Shown: piece after piece, positions 9,224 through 19,272 of the stretch
Numbering within the stretch: the first letter of the stretch is position 1
How the letters are laid out: each line of letters opens with the position of its first letter
Source: Dehalococcoidales bacterium
GTDB taxonomy: Bacteria > Chloroflexota > Dehalococcoidia > Dehalococcoidales > RBG-16-60-22
DNA: 64,000 nt
Assembly: GCA_034414775.1 (NCBI GenBank)
Contig: DAOULX010000008.1
Coordinates: 659-64,658 of the forward strand
Direction of reading: 5' to 3'
The notes under the pieces: generated by a model
The model's database searches: none
What the model saw: the letters and a program-made list of their open reading frames with translations, nothing else
Told to the model about the DNA's origin: nothing
Program-made: the position numbers and the translations under genes

Positions 9224-10687
9224 CTAAAAACATAACTTCCCCGGATTCATAATATGGTTGGGATCAAATATCTTCTTGAGTTTATTTAAGACGGCCACGC
9301 TGGCCGCATCCCGGTTAAATACCATCCGGGAGCTTCCTCCATAAGGCCTGGAAAAAAAGGCTCCCCGGTTTAATAAGCCTTTGACAGCCGTAGCAGATAA
9401 CGTCTTAACCCGGTTAATCTCGGTTTGGTTATGGGGATCATAGAATAAATTGAATTCACAGTGACAGCCAGTGCCCTGTACGACCGGTTGGAGGTAAATC
9501 CCCATGTCTGAAGCAGGGTAGCCGGCTTTCTCGACCAAATCATTCATAACCCCAATCTGACCGCCTAGCTTGCTATTGATCGTCAAAAAGAAGATGTCCT
9601 CGCAGGCCCCTTTATGACGTAGCTTCCAGTAAGGCTCCCCGGAAGGCTGCTGAATCATCTTCAATAGCTCATTAGCCGAAATCCCACCAACTGCTTTTAA
9701 AGCCTCTACTCCCAGCCGCTGGGTTATATCCGTGATGTCTTTTATATTCGAACTGACCCTTTCCTCCGGGTAAAATTCGTAGCCGGCTACGTTATAGAAA
9801 AGAGTCCAGGCGGGCAAGGCATCTTTAAGGTTCCGATAGTCCCCGGGCCATTTCTTCGCCATAATAGCCGCCAGATTGGTATTATTGAGGATAAAGCATT
9901 CGTTGACCATCCTCAGCCTTATCAGCCAGGAGGCCATCTCGAGCAGCGAACCCAGATCGGAGCTAACCACGAAGGGCTCCTCCAGACTGGGAAGTATCTC
10001 ACATCTCATCGACGCCCAGGTGACGATGCCCATCGTCCCCTGCGACCCCTGAATTAGCCGTTGCCAGGACGCTATACCAGGCCCGTACGGTGCTTTTTGC
10101 ACCCCCCCAACCGCCCACTGCTCCTCGATTGTCCCCGGCCCGGCCGCCTGCCCTGTCCTGAACTCATCACCGGTCCCGAAGATTACCCCCAGGCAGGCCA
10201 GCGGGTCCATAACATCCCATTGATACTTGGGCATGACAACAGGCTCCCTCTCGAGCAGACTGCCAACAACTGCCTTCGTCTGCCGCGGTAAAAGCGGCAT
10301 GTTGAGCCTGATGCCCTCCTTCACCGCCATCGGTATGAGCTCGCCGAAAGTCACCCCGGCCTCGACCATTGCCACCCGGCGCGGCCGGTCAACATTAATA
10401 ATTTTCTTCATCCCGCTTAAATCTACGATGACCGCACCCCCAATGCCCGGCACGGTGTCACCCCGGAAATGGGGAGGCCCCGAACTCACTGGCACCAGCG
10501 GCGTCTGTGTCTCGTTGGCCAACTTGACGATCTGATGTACGTCATCCGCACTGGCCGGCTTTACCACGCACAGGGGCTTGATCGTGTTGACAAAACTCAT
10601 GTCCCTGGAGTATTCATCTAGCACTGCCTTTTCATAGCATATATTACGGGTTCCAATAACCTTCACCAACTTCTCTTTTTCAATCAT
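9224..10687 (-). CDS. FAD-linked oxidase, GlcD / D-lactate dehydrogenase-like
   Basis: 487 aa containing VVKPASADDVHQIVKLANETQTPLVPVSSG, then GGAVIVDLSGMKKI, and a C-terminal KKIFDPNHIMNPGKL typical of the family. Confidence 0.85.
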   Translation of the reverse strand: MIEKEKLVKVIGTRNICYEKAVLDEYSRDMSFVNTIKPLCVVKPASADDVHQIVKLANETQTPLVPVSSGPPHFRGDTVPGIGGAVIVDLSGMKKIINVDRPRRVAMVEAGVTFGELIPMAVKEGIRLNMPLLPRQTKAVVGSLLEREPVVMPKYQWDVMDPLACLGVIFGTGDEFRTGQAAGPGTIEEQWAVGGVQKAPYGPGIASWQRLIQGSQGTMGIVTWASMRCEILPSLEEPFVVSSDLGSLLEMASWLIRLRMVNECFILNNTNLAAIMAKKWPGDYRNLKDALPAWTLFYNVAGYEFYPEERVSSNIKDITDITQRLGVEALKAVGGISANELLKMIQQPSGEPYWKLRHKGACEDIFFLTINSKLGGQIGVMNDLVEKAGYPASDMGIYLQPVVQGTGCHCEFNLFYDPHNQTEINRVKTLSATAVKGLLNRGAFFSRPYGGSSRMVFNRDAASVAVLNKLKKIFDPNHIMNPGKLCF

Positions 10688-10821
10688 TATTCCCCCCTTT
10701 TATTTCCATCAAATTTAACCACTCCATGTATAAAATACCGCCACTGAGCCAGATTATTCTCGAAAAAAGTAATACATAATTTCGCACAAAGCTATAAGGC
10801 TAGTCTAACATGAGGAGCGTT

Positions 10822-12309
10822 TTAAAGTATACCAAACCAGGCATCATTGGTAATATTTCTGGTGGAGGTATCATCATCAAACGCCAGGTATTTGTTCAGC
10901 CTGACTGAAAATTTGGGCCAGTGAGGTATTCCCGCTATGTTTGGATCACCTTTTTTGGCGAACTGTACCCAATATTTCATCATCATTTCCGATATCTTCC
11001 TGTCTACCTCCGTATAACCTTCGCCATTCACATTGCCGAATACGTATGGAATATCGTCCTCGTGAGTGGCCCCAATATCGCTACAAGTGTTTTTCGGTGG
11101 TGACCGGTTAAACCGGTAGACATATACTCTGCCACCCAGCTTACTTAATGCCCGGGCTAACCTATATACCGGGACTGTCCACAAATTACAGGTACGTAGA
11201 TATATTGCATTCCTCAAAGCTTCTTCCTCCGAACCCGACGGAAAAGAAGCCATGACCTGCGTGGCTTTATCACCGAAGCTCTTTACGACAAATGATTTAT
11301 AATTGCCCATGGTTATGGGTGGCATCATCGGGCGGAAAAAATAGGCCTCATCTTTGTTGCTGCCGATAATCATGGGGAGATTAGCCTTCTCCTTGAGGGT
11401 TTTATCCTGGTCTTTGACGACAGCATCGTCCAGCGCTGGGGCAAAACGGAGTTTCTTCGGTTGCTCATCCTTGGCAACTAAATTTCTGGCCACTTCCATT
11501 AGCTTCGAAGGCGTGGTGCGGCGCATTTCTTCAATACTGGCTGCTCCCAGGGCCTTTTGAAATTCAAGTCCATCATGTAATGCCTCCTGATAAGGTATTT
11601 CCCGGGGCGGTGCCAGCAAGCCCCCGCTCTGACATATCGCTTTACTAAATAGCCCTCGGGCTTTAGGCGACGAGCATAATAAGGCTACGCTCATGGCGCC
11701 GGCGGATTCTCCAAAAATGGTGACGTTATCCCGGTCGCCACCAAAACTCGCGATGTTGTTTTGAACCCATTGCAGCGCGGCAATCTGGTCCCGTATCCCG
11801 TAGTTGCCGCTCAAACCATCTCCAGGCTCGGCCTCGAGCCCGGGGTGTGCCATGTTCCCTAACGGCCCCAGCCGATAGTTGAAGTTAATCAATACTACTC
11901 CTCTTTGTGCGAAAGTCGTTCCATCATATTCAGCTTTGGAACCCGAGCCATTCATCCACCCGCCCCCGTGAATCCAGACCATGACGGGCAGCTTTTCAGC
12001 CATAGATATCGAGCTTGTCCAGATATTCAGGTACAGGCAATCTTCGCTCTGTACCTGCATTCTTTCATTATCCGATGGTTCTGGCGGTCTTAGTTGGTAG
12101 GCAATCGGTCCGAAGCGGTTAACTTTTTTTATGCCTTCCCAGGGCTTTAACGGCTGCGGTGGACGCCAGCGCCATTCCCCGACCGGCGCCATCGCATAGG
12201 GAACGCCGTGGAATTTGAAAACGCCGCCTTCCCGAAATCCTTCAAGCAGACCACCTTTGACTCTTACCATCGGTTTATGCTTGTCGTCGTCTTCATATTC
12301 TATTGGCAT
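10822..12309 (-). CDS. carboxylesterase type B (alpha/beta hydrolase, PnbA-like)
   Basis: It has the oxyanion motif VWIHGGGW and the nucleophile elbow FGESAGA. At 495 aa it has the expected size. Confidence 0.85.
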   Translation of the reverse strand: MPIEYEDDDKHKPMVRVKGGLLEGFREGGVFKFHGVPYAMAPVGEWRWRPPQPLKPWEGIKKVNRFGPIAYQLRPPEPSDNERMQVQSEDCLYLNIWTSSISMAEKLPVMVWIHGGGWMNGSGSKAEYDGTTFAQRGVVLINFNYRLGPLGNMAHPGLEAEPGDGLSGNYGIRDQIAALQWVQNNIASFGGDRDNVTIFGESAGAMSVALLCSSPKARGLFSKAICQSGGLLAPPREIPYQEALHDGLEFQKALGAASIEEMRRTTPSKLMEVARNLVAKDEQPKKLRFAPALDDAVVKDQDKTLKEKANLPMIIGSNKDEAYFFRPMMPPITMGNYKSFVVKSFGDKATQVMASFPSGSEEEALRNAIYLRTCNLWTVPVYRLARALSKLGGRVYVYRFNRSPPKNTCSDIGATHEDDIPYVFGNVNGEGYTEVDRKISEMMMKYWVQFAKKGDPNIAGIPHWPKFSVRLNKYLAFDDDTSTRNITNDAWFGIL

Positions 12310-12385
12310 GAAATTACCCTTTAAATCCTCGCGTCTTCTATTATTAACACAATTCCGGTAACTTCTAATTTTGATAAATGATGCT

Positions 12386-13282
12386 TTAAAGCGTCCCTCT
12401 TAACCTCGGGTCAAGGGCATCTCTGAGAGCATCCCCAACTATGTTAAAGGCAAAGACAACTAACATAATAGCCGCCCCGGGAGCGAAAGAGAGAATCGGT
12501 AGCTTTACCAAGTAGCGATATCCTTCATTGACCATGGCGCCCCATGCAGCGCCCGGTGGTTTTATCCCGATACCGAGAAAGCTGAGGCCTGCCTCGGCAA
12601 GAATGAGGAACCCTAGCTGTAAAGTAACTACCACGATAATCGGCGCGATGGCATTCGGCAAGATATGGCGTAACATAATACGGGGATGACTAGCACCCAT
12701 CGCCCGTGTCGCCAGGATATAGTCATTTTCTTTGATGGAAAGAGCCATGCCGCACATTACCCTGATATAGCCGGGAATGGTGGCGATACCGAGGGCCAGG
12801 ATAACATTCTGGATACCCCCTCCAAGTACCGCCGCTAACAAAAGGGCAAGCACAATCATGGGAAAAGGCATGAGAATATCGGTGAACCTCATGATAAGCA
12901 TATTTATTGTACCGCCAAAATATCCGGCAAGTATGCCCAACGTCACGCCTATTACTGTGGCAATGGAAACGCTCACAAACCCCACCGTCAACGCCGTCCT
13001 CGTACCGTAAATGAGCCGACTTAACGTGTCTCGGCCAATGGGGTCGGTGCCCAGTAGATGTTCACGGCTCGGCTGCTGCAATATATTGCTCAGCTCCTGT
13101 TTATAGGGGTCGTAAGGCGCCAGTTGCGAGGCGAAGATGCCTGTCAACGCCAGGATTATTAGTATCAGGAGACCGAAAATGACTATTCTACGCTGGAAAA
13201 ATACTCTTACGAAGCGCCTCCACTCATTTACCCTCGGAGGAGCTTCAGAAAAACCAGTGGCGGTAATAACATCTGTTTTCAT
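12386..13282 (-). CDS. ABC transporter permease, DppC/OppC-type (paralog of 1782-2696)
   Basis: It shares SEAPPRVNEWRRF and LSFLGIGIKPPGAAWGAMVN with the first cassette and ends ..GDALRDALDPRLRG. Confidence 0.9.
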   Translation of the reverse strand: MKTDVITATGFSEAPPRVNEWRRFVRVFFQRRIVIFGLLILIILALTGIFASQLAPYDPYKQELSNILQQPSREHLLGTDPIGRDTLSRLIYGTRTALTVGFVSVSIATVIGVTLGILAGYFGGTINMLIMRFTDILMPFPMIVLALLLAAVLGGGIQNVILALGIATIPGYIRVMCGMALSIKENDYILATRAMGASHPRIMLRHILPNAIAPIIVVVTLQLGFLILAEAGLSFLGIGIKPPGAAWGAMVNEGYRYLVKLPILSFAPGAAIMLVVFAFNIVGDALRDALDPRLRGTL

Positions 13283-13295
13283 ATTTTAAAATCTC

Positions 13296-14255
13296 TTAAG
13301 CATACTGTATCCTGGGGTCGAGCCAGCCATAGGCGATGTCTACAATCAGATTGGCTAATACTACTACCACAGCGAAGACTAAAGTACATGATTGTACTAC
13401 TGCATAGTCATGAGAAAAGATACTGGTCACCATTAGATAGCCGATACCGGGAATGGAGAACACGGTTTCAACAATCACCGAACCGCCGATGATAAATCCC
13501 AGTTGAAGCCCGAGAACGGTAACAACCGGGATGAGGCTGTTTTTCAGGACGTGTTTCATTATTATGATACGCTCGGCTAAACCCTTGGACCAGGCGGTCC
13601 TAATGTAGTCCTGGCGGATAACTTCAAGCATGCTTGACCTCTGCAGGCGCGCTATCCCGGCTAGCGCCCCGATGGAAAGACAGATAACGGGCATGATTGC
13701 CTGTTTCGTGTGTTGCCAGACATCTGTAAAAGGTGAGGTATAACCGATTATCGGTAACCAATTGAGCTTGAGACCGAAAAGGTAAATCATCAGTACCCCC
13801 AGCCAGAAAATGGGAATGGTGATACCGATATACGATGAGGGCGTTATTATCCTGTCACCCCACCCGCCGCGCCTCATAGCGGCCAGTACGCCGGTCATAA
13901 TACCCAGAACCGTACTGATGACAAATGCTTCCAGTCCCAGGTTTATGGTTACCGGATAACGCTCCCGGAGTAATGTGCCGACCGGTACATGATGAAATAT
14001 TGAATGTCCGAAGTCGAATCTAATTACACCGGAAACCCAGTTAGCGTATTGTACCATGATGGGCTTGTCCAGCCCGAACTCCTGCCGCAGCTTTTCTATC
14101 CCCTCCTCGGATAGAGTGGATAACTGCTGACTCTGGCCGATATAGATGATAAGCGGGTCGCCGGGCAGTAATCTCATGGCGAAAAAAACAATAACTGTTA
14201 CCATCAACAGACAAAATATCGCCAGTAGCACCCGCCGAACAATATACGTTATCAT
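13296..14255 (-). CDS. ABC transporter permease, DppB/OppB-type (paralog of 2697-3653)
   Basis: 319 aa, starting MITYIVRRV and ending VDIAYGWLDPRIQY. Confidence 0.9.
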   Translation of the reverse strand: MITYIVRRVLLAIFCLLMVTVIVFFAMRLLPGDPLIIYIGQSQQLSTLSEEGIEKLRQEFGLDKPIMVQYANWVSGVIRFDFGHSIFHHVPVGTLLRERYPVTINLGLEAFVISTVLGIMTGVLAAMRRGGWGDRIITPSSYIGITIPIFWLGVLMIYLFGLKLNWLPIIGYTSPFTDVWQHTKQAIMPVICLSIGALAGIARLQRSSMLEVIRQDYIRTAWSKGLAERIIIMKHVLKNSLIPVVTVLGLQLGFIIGGSVIVETVFSIPGIGYLMVTSIFSHDYAVVQSCTLVFAVVVVLANLIVDIAYGWLDPRIQYA

Positions 14256-14451
14256 TGTGAAACTCTAGAAATTTGTTCGTCTGAACCAGCGAACATTGAC
14301 CTGGTGTTGGCCAAAATAAAAACCAGATCGGCACGGAATTCTCGGGCCGACCAAGCAACAGGGATATGTATTAACCGGGAACAGGGTAATCTGCGCCTGG
14401 AACAAGATTTTTAACGGCATTTGACCACCCTGTTCCCCGTCATTCTATTTA

Positions 14452-16083
14452 TTACTTTTCCAGCCAGTCGTTCCACATCGACCAGTATGTATAGTCAAGG
14501 TCCTTAAATAAGTCGGTATGGAAGTTTGGCCCGCAAGCGGAAGTTGCCATGTTCATGGTCAACGGAATAAACATGGCATCCAGTCCAGCCTGAGTAACCA
14601 TTTGCTGGGTCAATTTACGCATAGTGGTTATATCCGATGCCTGGATCAGCTTCGCGCAAAGGTCGAGATATGCCTGGGACTTGGCCATGCTCGCGAACTT
14701 CATAATTGGCTCCGGACCTACATGGTCAAGCCAGCCGACAGAGAATTCCGGGTTGATAGCGAGGGTACCTATGAGAAGGCCTTCCCAGCCCATGTTGACG
14801 GAACCCCAGAATCTGCCGACATCAGCAGCATCGATTTCGATATCAATTCCGATTTCTTTCAGGTAATTCTGTATGATAGCCCCTGCGTTCTCTGCGCCTT
14901 GGGGTACCATCAATTTCGTCTTGAAGCCGTCGGCAAAGCCTGCCTCTGCCATTAATTCCCTGGCTTTCGCCACGTTGTAGGCACGTTCCGGATAGTCGGG
15001 GTTGTAACCGGCGGTACCTTCGTGTGTCGGCTGGTTCACGGGCTCCTGGAAGCCAAACCCGAGCGCATCAGCCATCGCCTGGCGGTCAATGGCGTATTCA
15101 ACCGCTTCACGTACTTTCTTGTTGGCGAATGGTGAAGCCGGATCCACGCTATCAGGGTATAACACACTATATATCATCGGGGTCTCGATTACCTGGTAAC
15201 CCAAATTCTTCAGGTCGGCCGCTTGCTGAGCCCTTGTGTACAGCCAGATATCCGCCTGCCCCGCCTGCATCATCGCCGAAGCTGTCGTCGGATCCTTAAC
15301 AGTAATGTACTCTACAGAATCAAGATAGGGGAATCCAGTGCGCCAGTAGCCGTCAAATTTGTTCATCTTAAGAACCACATCGCGCTGGAAATCGGTAGTC
15401 TGGAATGCCCCTGTTGAAGTGGAATGGTTGATAGCCCAATCTTCTCCGTTTTTCTGACAAGCGGTGGGGGAGTACATAAAGACCCGCGTCAGGTTGTAAA
15501 TAACCTGGTTATTCGGGGCATTAAGAGAAATTTTTACAGTGTAGTCATCGGTAGCTTCTATCTTATCAATGTACTTGCCGTTGGATAAAATGCCCGCGTC
15601 CTTGGCTCCCTGGAAGCTCCAGACGACGGCCGTAGCATTTAAGGGAGTCCCATCCTGGAACTTGACGTCTTTCCTCAGGTGAATGGTAATGGTCTTCATG
15701 TCGGATGACATCTCGTAACTTTCCGCAAGACTGGGCGAAAAATCCCCGTTTGTTTTGAGGTCGAATATCCTTTCCGAAAATATCGTTGCGACGCCATTAT
15801 CGCTGAACGATTGTTTCGGATAGTAGCCAATATTCTGGGGGGTATGTGCACCACCAGCAATAACCCTCACATTACCGCCGTATTGGGGCTGACCGGGGGT
15901 GGGTTCTGGTGCAGTCGTCGGCGCTGGTGCAGATGTCGTTGCTGGTGCGGATGTCGTTGCTGGTGCGGATGTCGTTGCTGGTGCAGTCGTCGGCGCTGGT
16001 GCAGGTGTTGTTTCGGCACAACTGCTGAAAATCAAACTAGTCAAGAGTAGTACTATCAGGGACATAACTAACAATTTTTTCAT
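14452..16083 (-). CDS. ABC transporter substrate-binding lipoprotein, family 5 (paralog of 4057-5682)
   Basis: GGAGGG precedes the ATG. The lipobox (IFSS-C) is followed by an (APATTS)n linker. The body contains VKFQDGTPLNATAV and VREAVEYAIDR. Confidence 0.9.
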   Translation of the reverse strand: MKKLLVMSLIVLLLTSLIFSSCAETTPAPAPTTAPATTSAPATTSAPATTSAPAPTTAPEPTPGQPQYGGNVRVIAGGAHTPQNIGYYPKQSFSDNGVATIFSERIFDLKTNGDFSPSLAESYEMSSDMKTITIHLRKDVKFQDGTPLNATAVVWSFQGAKDAGILSNGKYIDKIEATDDYTVKISLNAPNNQVIYNLTRVFMYSPTACQKNGEDWAINHSTSTGAFQTTDFQRDVVLKMNKFDGYWRTGFPYLDSVEYITVKDPTTASAMMQAGQADIWLYTRAQQAADLKNLGYQVIETPMIYSVLYPDSVDPASPFANKKVREAVEYAIDRQAMADALGFGFQEPVNQPTHEGTAGYNPDYPERAYNVAKARELMAEAGFADGFKTKLMVPQGAENAGAIIQNYLKEIGIDIEIDAADVGRFWGSVNMGWEGLLIGTLAINPEFSVGWLDHVGPEPIMKFASMAKSQAYLDLCAKLIQASDITTMRKLTQQMVTQAGLDAMFIPLTMNMATSACGPNFHTDLFKDLDYTYWSMWNDWLEK

Positions 16084-16539
16084 AATACCCTCCTTATTTA
16101 AAATGTAATTGTTAGTGCACGCTCATATTCTGCGCTGAATCCCCCCAAGCTTGTTGGGGGGGGATAAAAATGGCCCCCGTCCGTAACTTGGTGTGGGGTG
16201 GATACCTATCCCCTAATGCCCCGCAGCTTGCCATGGGGTGCTTCACTGACAGGTATTTCACTTCGTTTGTAACCCCCTTGGAAGTTTATTCAACAAGCCA
16301 GCGATAGTTACGGGCACCATTCCTGACTTCTTTAAGGTTAGATGAATAATGGAACAGTGTTCCATTTTTTAATTGGTGATAGTATATAAGTGCGGAAATA
16401 TTTTGTCAAGAGCTTTGAATCGGAGATAGCCTGTATGCGGAAGTTACTTACTATTTTCAATGCTATGATTCGATCAAAGACAGTTGTTACAATGTTCCTG
16501 TGGAAGTAAAATGAACGGGCGGACGTTGTTGATAGACCC

Positions 16540-16587
16540 GAATTGGAAAAATTACAAGATCGAATCATGGCATCGATTCGGAATTAA
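16540..16587 (+). pseudogene. remnant of another SnoaL-like paralog (N-terminal coiled-coil words fused to C-terminal words)
   Basis: It reads ELEKLQDRIMASIRN*. Gene 277-816 has LEKLEDRVIELE near its start and EAASIRKIEDAR* at its end. The duplicated flank 16573-16623 follows directly. Confidence 0.35.
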
Positions 16588-16661
16588 AGAAGCAATAACT
16601 CCTGTATACGTGATTAGGTGATACTTACCCCAAAAATAGTAAGATTCAGGTAAGGAGCAAA

Positions 16662-17180
16662 ATGATAAGAGAAGAATATGAGAAAAAGTTAAAGAGGTTA
16701 GAGGCTGTTTTGGAAGATCATGAAAAACAGCTGAAAAAATTTAAGGATATACAGGAACTCCAAGAGTTGCATTTAAATTATGCCTACTTGCTGTGCACTC
16801 GTGAATGGGAGAAAATTGTGGATTTGTTCACAGATGATGCAGTGGCTATCCTGCATCGACGAGGAAGGTTTGAAGGAAAGAAAGAAATAATAAAAATATT
16901 TAAAGAAATTGTCCAGAATAATGGCGGCAGGGGAAGAGATGGCCATCTCGCATTACAGCCTATTATTAACGTTGATGGAGACGAAGCAACAGCTCAATGG
17001 CTGATGTACATTATGATTTTGGATCCAAAAGGGAAATATGAGAATACTTGGATGCATGGTAGGCATGATATGGAATACGTCCGTATTGACGGGCAGTGGA
17101 AAATTCGATATATGCTTTTTACATCTCCCTGGCCCAGGGAAGCCTGGTCATACCCCAAATTAGAGCCGCTGAAAAAGTAA
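16662..17180 (+). CDS. NTF2-like / SnoaL-like domain protein (paralog of 277-816)
   Basis: AAGGAG precedes the ATG. The coiled N-terminus (EEYEKKLKRLEAVLEDHEKQLKKFKDIQELQEL) is followed by YAYLLCTREWEKIVDLFTDDAV..RIDGQWKI. Confidence 0.7.
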   Translation: MIREEYEKKLKRLEAVLEDHEKQLKKFKDIQELQELHLNYAYLLCTREWEKIVDLFTDDAVAILHRRGRFEGKKEIIKIFKEIVQNNGGRGRDGHLALQPIINVDGDEATAQWLMYIMILDPKGKYENTWMHGRHDMEYVRIDGQWKIRYMLFTSPWPREAWSYPKLEPLKK

Positions 17181-17199
17181 ATCGTGTGGTGGGATCACT

Positions 17200-18735
17200 T
17201 TAAGAGAGATATTTAACCGCGTTTTCTCCGGCAATTCGGCCCGAATTAAGCGCAAAGCCAAGCAGGTGCCCGGTGAGTTCGTAGCAGTAGCTATCCGATT
17301 CCCAGCCACCAGTCGTCGAGCCGGCAGCAAAAAGGCCAGGGATAGGATCGTCATTGGAGTTAATCACCTCCATATTTTCATTTATCTTGATACCACCGAT
17401 GGCGTCACAAATCTGTGAATGACCTTTGATAGCATAGAAAGGAGGCGATTTGATTGGTAATAGATATATCTTGTCCTTGCAGAAAACGGGATCATAAGCT
17501 TTATCGCAGGCAGAGTTGTATTCCGCGATGGACCTCTTCAGTGTTTCAGGTCTTGCCCCGATCCAGTTAGCAATCTCTTCCAGGGTGTTGGCTATCTTTA
17601 ACCACTCAGAGTGATTTTCGGCAATTTCACGCAACCCCTTTCCTATTCCGGGTAAGGGTCTCCCGCTCGTCACCGAACGTGCCATCGCCTGTTGAACTCC
17701 GTAGGCAGCCGGGCGGAGCAGTCCTTCCTCCTCAATGGACCCCAATATGCTCTCGTCAAACAGGCAATACATGGTACCCTCTGGCTGCTGAGCCGATGCA
17801 TTAGCACAGGCAAAGGAAGAGAGGTTATGACCTTCATCGATATATCTTCGGCCTCTCTTATTCACCCACAGCGTTTGAGGCTCCCAGACAAGGTTTGACA
17901 GAAATACACTTATCTCATTATCCTTGCCGGGATTGATGGTAATACGTCCATCTGGCGAGTTGGAGGAAGGCGAGTGCGGGCCGTGAAACATGATATGCCC
18001 CAGGCCAGCCATTTCCGCTCCGACTTCCATGGCCAGCTGTATGCCATCTCCGGTGTTGTGGCGTACCCCGTGATTCAGCATGACTTCCGGGTTGTAATAG
18101 GAACAATGCTTCGCGAGTAATTCTTTGTTCCCGCTATAACCGCCGGTAGTGATAATAATGCTTTTAGCGGTAATCTGATAATCTTTATCCGGGCCGGTAG
18201 CCAAAACCCCGGTTACCTGGCCGTTCTTCTCGCATAAAATTTTTTCCCCGGGGGTTCTGGTGAGCACCTGTATTCCTCGTTCTTTGCATTCATTGGCCAA
18301 CACTCTCATTAAAAAAGCGCCCCGGCCTTCGATGGCATGCCTGACGCGCGGGCATTGATTGATATAATATTGACTAAGATGGAAAGTGATTCCCTTTTCC
18401 ATAAGCCATCTAATAGTGTCGCCTGATTTATCGATAAAAGCCCGCACAATGCGTGGATTCACCTTTGACCAGTGGCACCAGCGCATGGCTATTTTAAAAA
18501 AATCGTCCCTACGGGCATCGGTGCCCATCCGCTTCTGAACGATGCTTTCGACTCCGAATAAATCGTGTGCCATTGCGGAAGTGCCACCGGTGGAGCCTAC
18601 CTTCTCCAGCACAATTATTCTCTTGCCGCCTTTTTCCGCTGCCGCTAAAGCTGCCGCCAGTCCTGCGCCGCCGCCGCCGATGATGACTATTTCAGCTTCC
18701 AGTTTCTCACATTCTCTTTCTCCTGAAGAATTCAT
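17200..18735 (-). CDS. FAD-dependent oxidoreductase, FAD_binding_2 family (fumarate reductase / KstD-like flavoprotein)
   Basis: It has the dinucleotide motif VIIGGGGAGLAAALAAAEKG and the C-terminal GLFAAGSTTGG. 511 aa, convergent with the SnoaL-like gene. Confidence 0.85.
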   Translation of the reverse strand: MNSSGERECEKLEAEIVIIGGGGAGLAAALAAAEKGGKRIIVLEKVGSTGGTSAMAHDLFGVESIVQKRMGTDARRDDFFKIAMRWCHWSKVNPRIVRAFIDKSGDTIRWLMEKGITFHLSQYYINQCPRVRHAIEGRGAFLMRVLANECKERGIQVLTRTPGEKILCEKNGQVTGVLATGPDKDYQITAKSIIITTGGYSGNKELLAKHCSYYNPEVMLNHGVRHNTGDGIQLAMEVGAEMAGLGHIMFHGPHSPSSNSPDGRITINPGKDNEISVFLSNLVWEPQTLWVNKRGRRYIDEGHNLSSFACANASAQQPEGTMYCLFDESILGSIEEEGLLRPAAYGVQQAMARSVTSGRPLPGIGKGLREIAENHSEWLKIANTLEEIANWIGARPETLKRSIAEYNSACDKAYDPVFCKDKIYLLPIKSPPFYAIKGHSQICDAIGGIKINENMEVINSNDDPIPGLFAAGSTTGGWESDSYCYELTGHLLGFALNSGRIAGENAVKYLS

Positions 18736-18820
18736 AATTCTTGACCTCCTATACCAACATACACATTATAGTTATGTCAACCTGCCGGCTGGAGCTGAGC
18801 TTGGATTTCCTGGCGTTCAC

Positions 18821-19018
18821 TTAAGCGGTGATCTCGTCCTCCAGGAGACCTTCCAGAAGCCTCTTGAGCCCCTGCTTGAGCGTGGCGGCGATGGACTTCC
18901 AGATTTCTTCCCGGACATTTACCTCGGTTTCCTTGACTTTTTTCTCCGGAGCCGCTGCTGGCGATTTCATAGGGAGTGTACTTCCCTTCCTGATGTTATT
19001 CTTTATCGGAAAGGGCAC
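18821..19018 (-). pseudogene. IS256/Mutator-type transposase N-terminal stub
   Basis: The 65-aa ORF ends ..EEIWKSIAATLKQGLKRLLEGLLEDEITA*. This resembles the conserved N-terminal helix (..L..LLE.E.TE.LG) of IS256-family transposases. No catalytic part follows. Confidence 0.4.
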
Positions 19019-19272
19019 ATCCCCTGCCTGTTTTCAGCAATTTATCTTATATTACCATGTCCCACTTCGCTGTTATAGTCAAGCGGTTTTTTCAGGGTCG
19101 ATTGTGCCTTGACAACAAAAGTAGAGGGGCGGAGAATAGATAAACCGGACGGACTGGGAGAAGCACCTAAATCAGCACTGGGGCCAGATAAACCAAACTT
19201 GGTTAAAACAATTAATGGCACCGTATGTAGAATCGCATCAGATATGTCAACAAATGATAAGGAGAGCAAATA

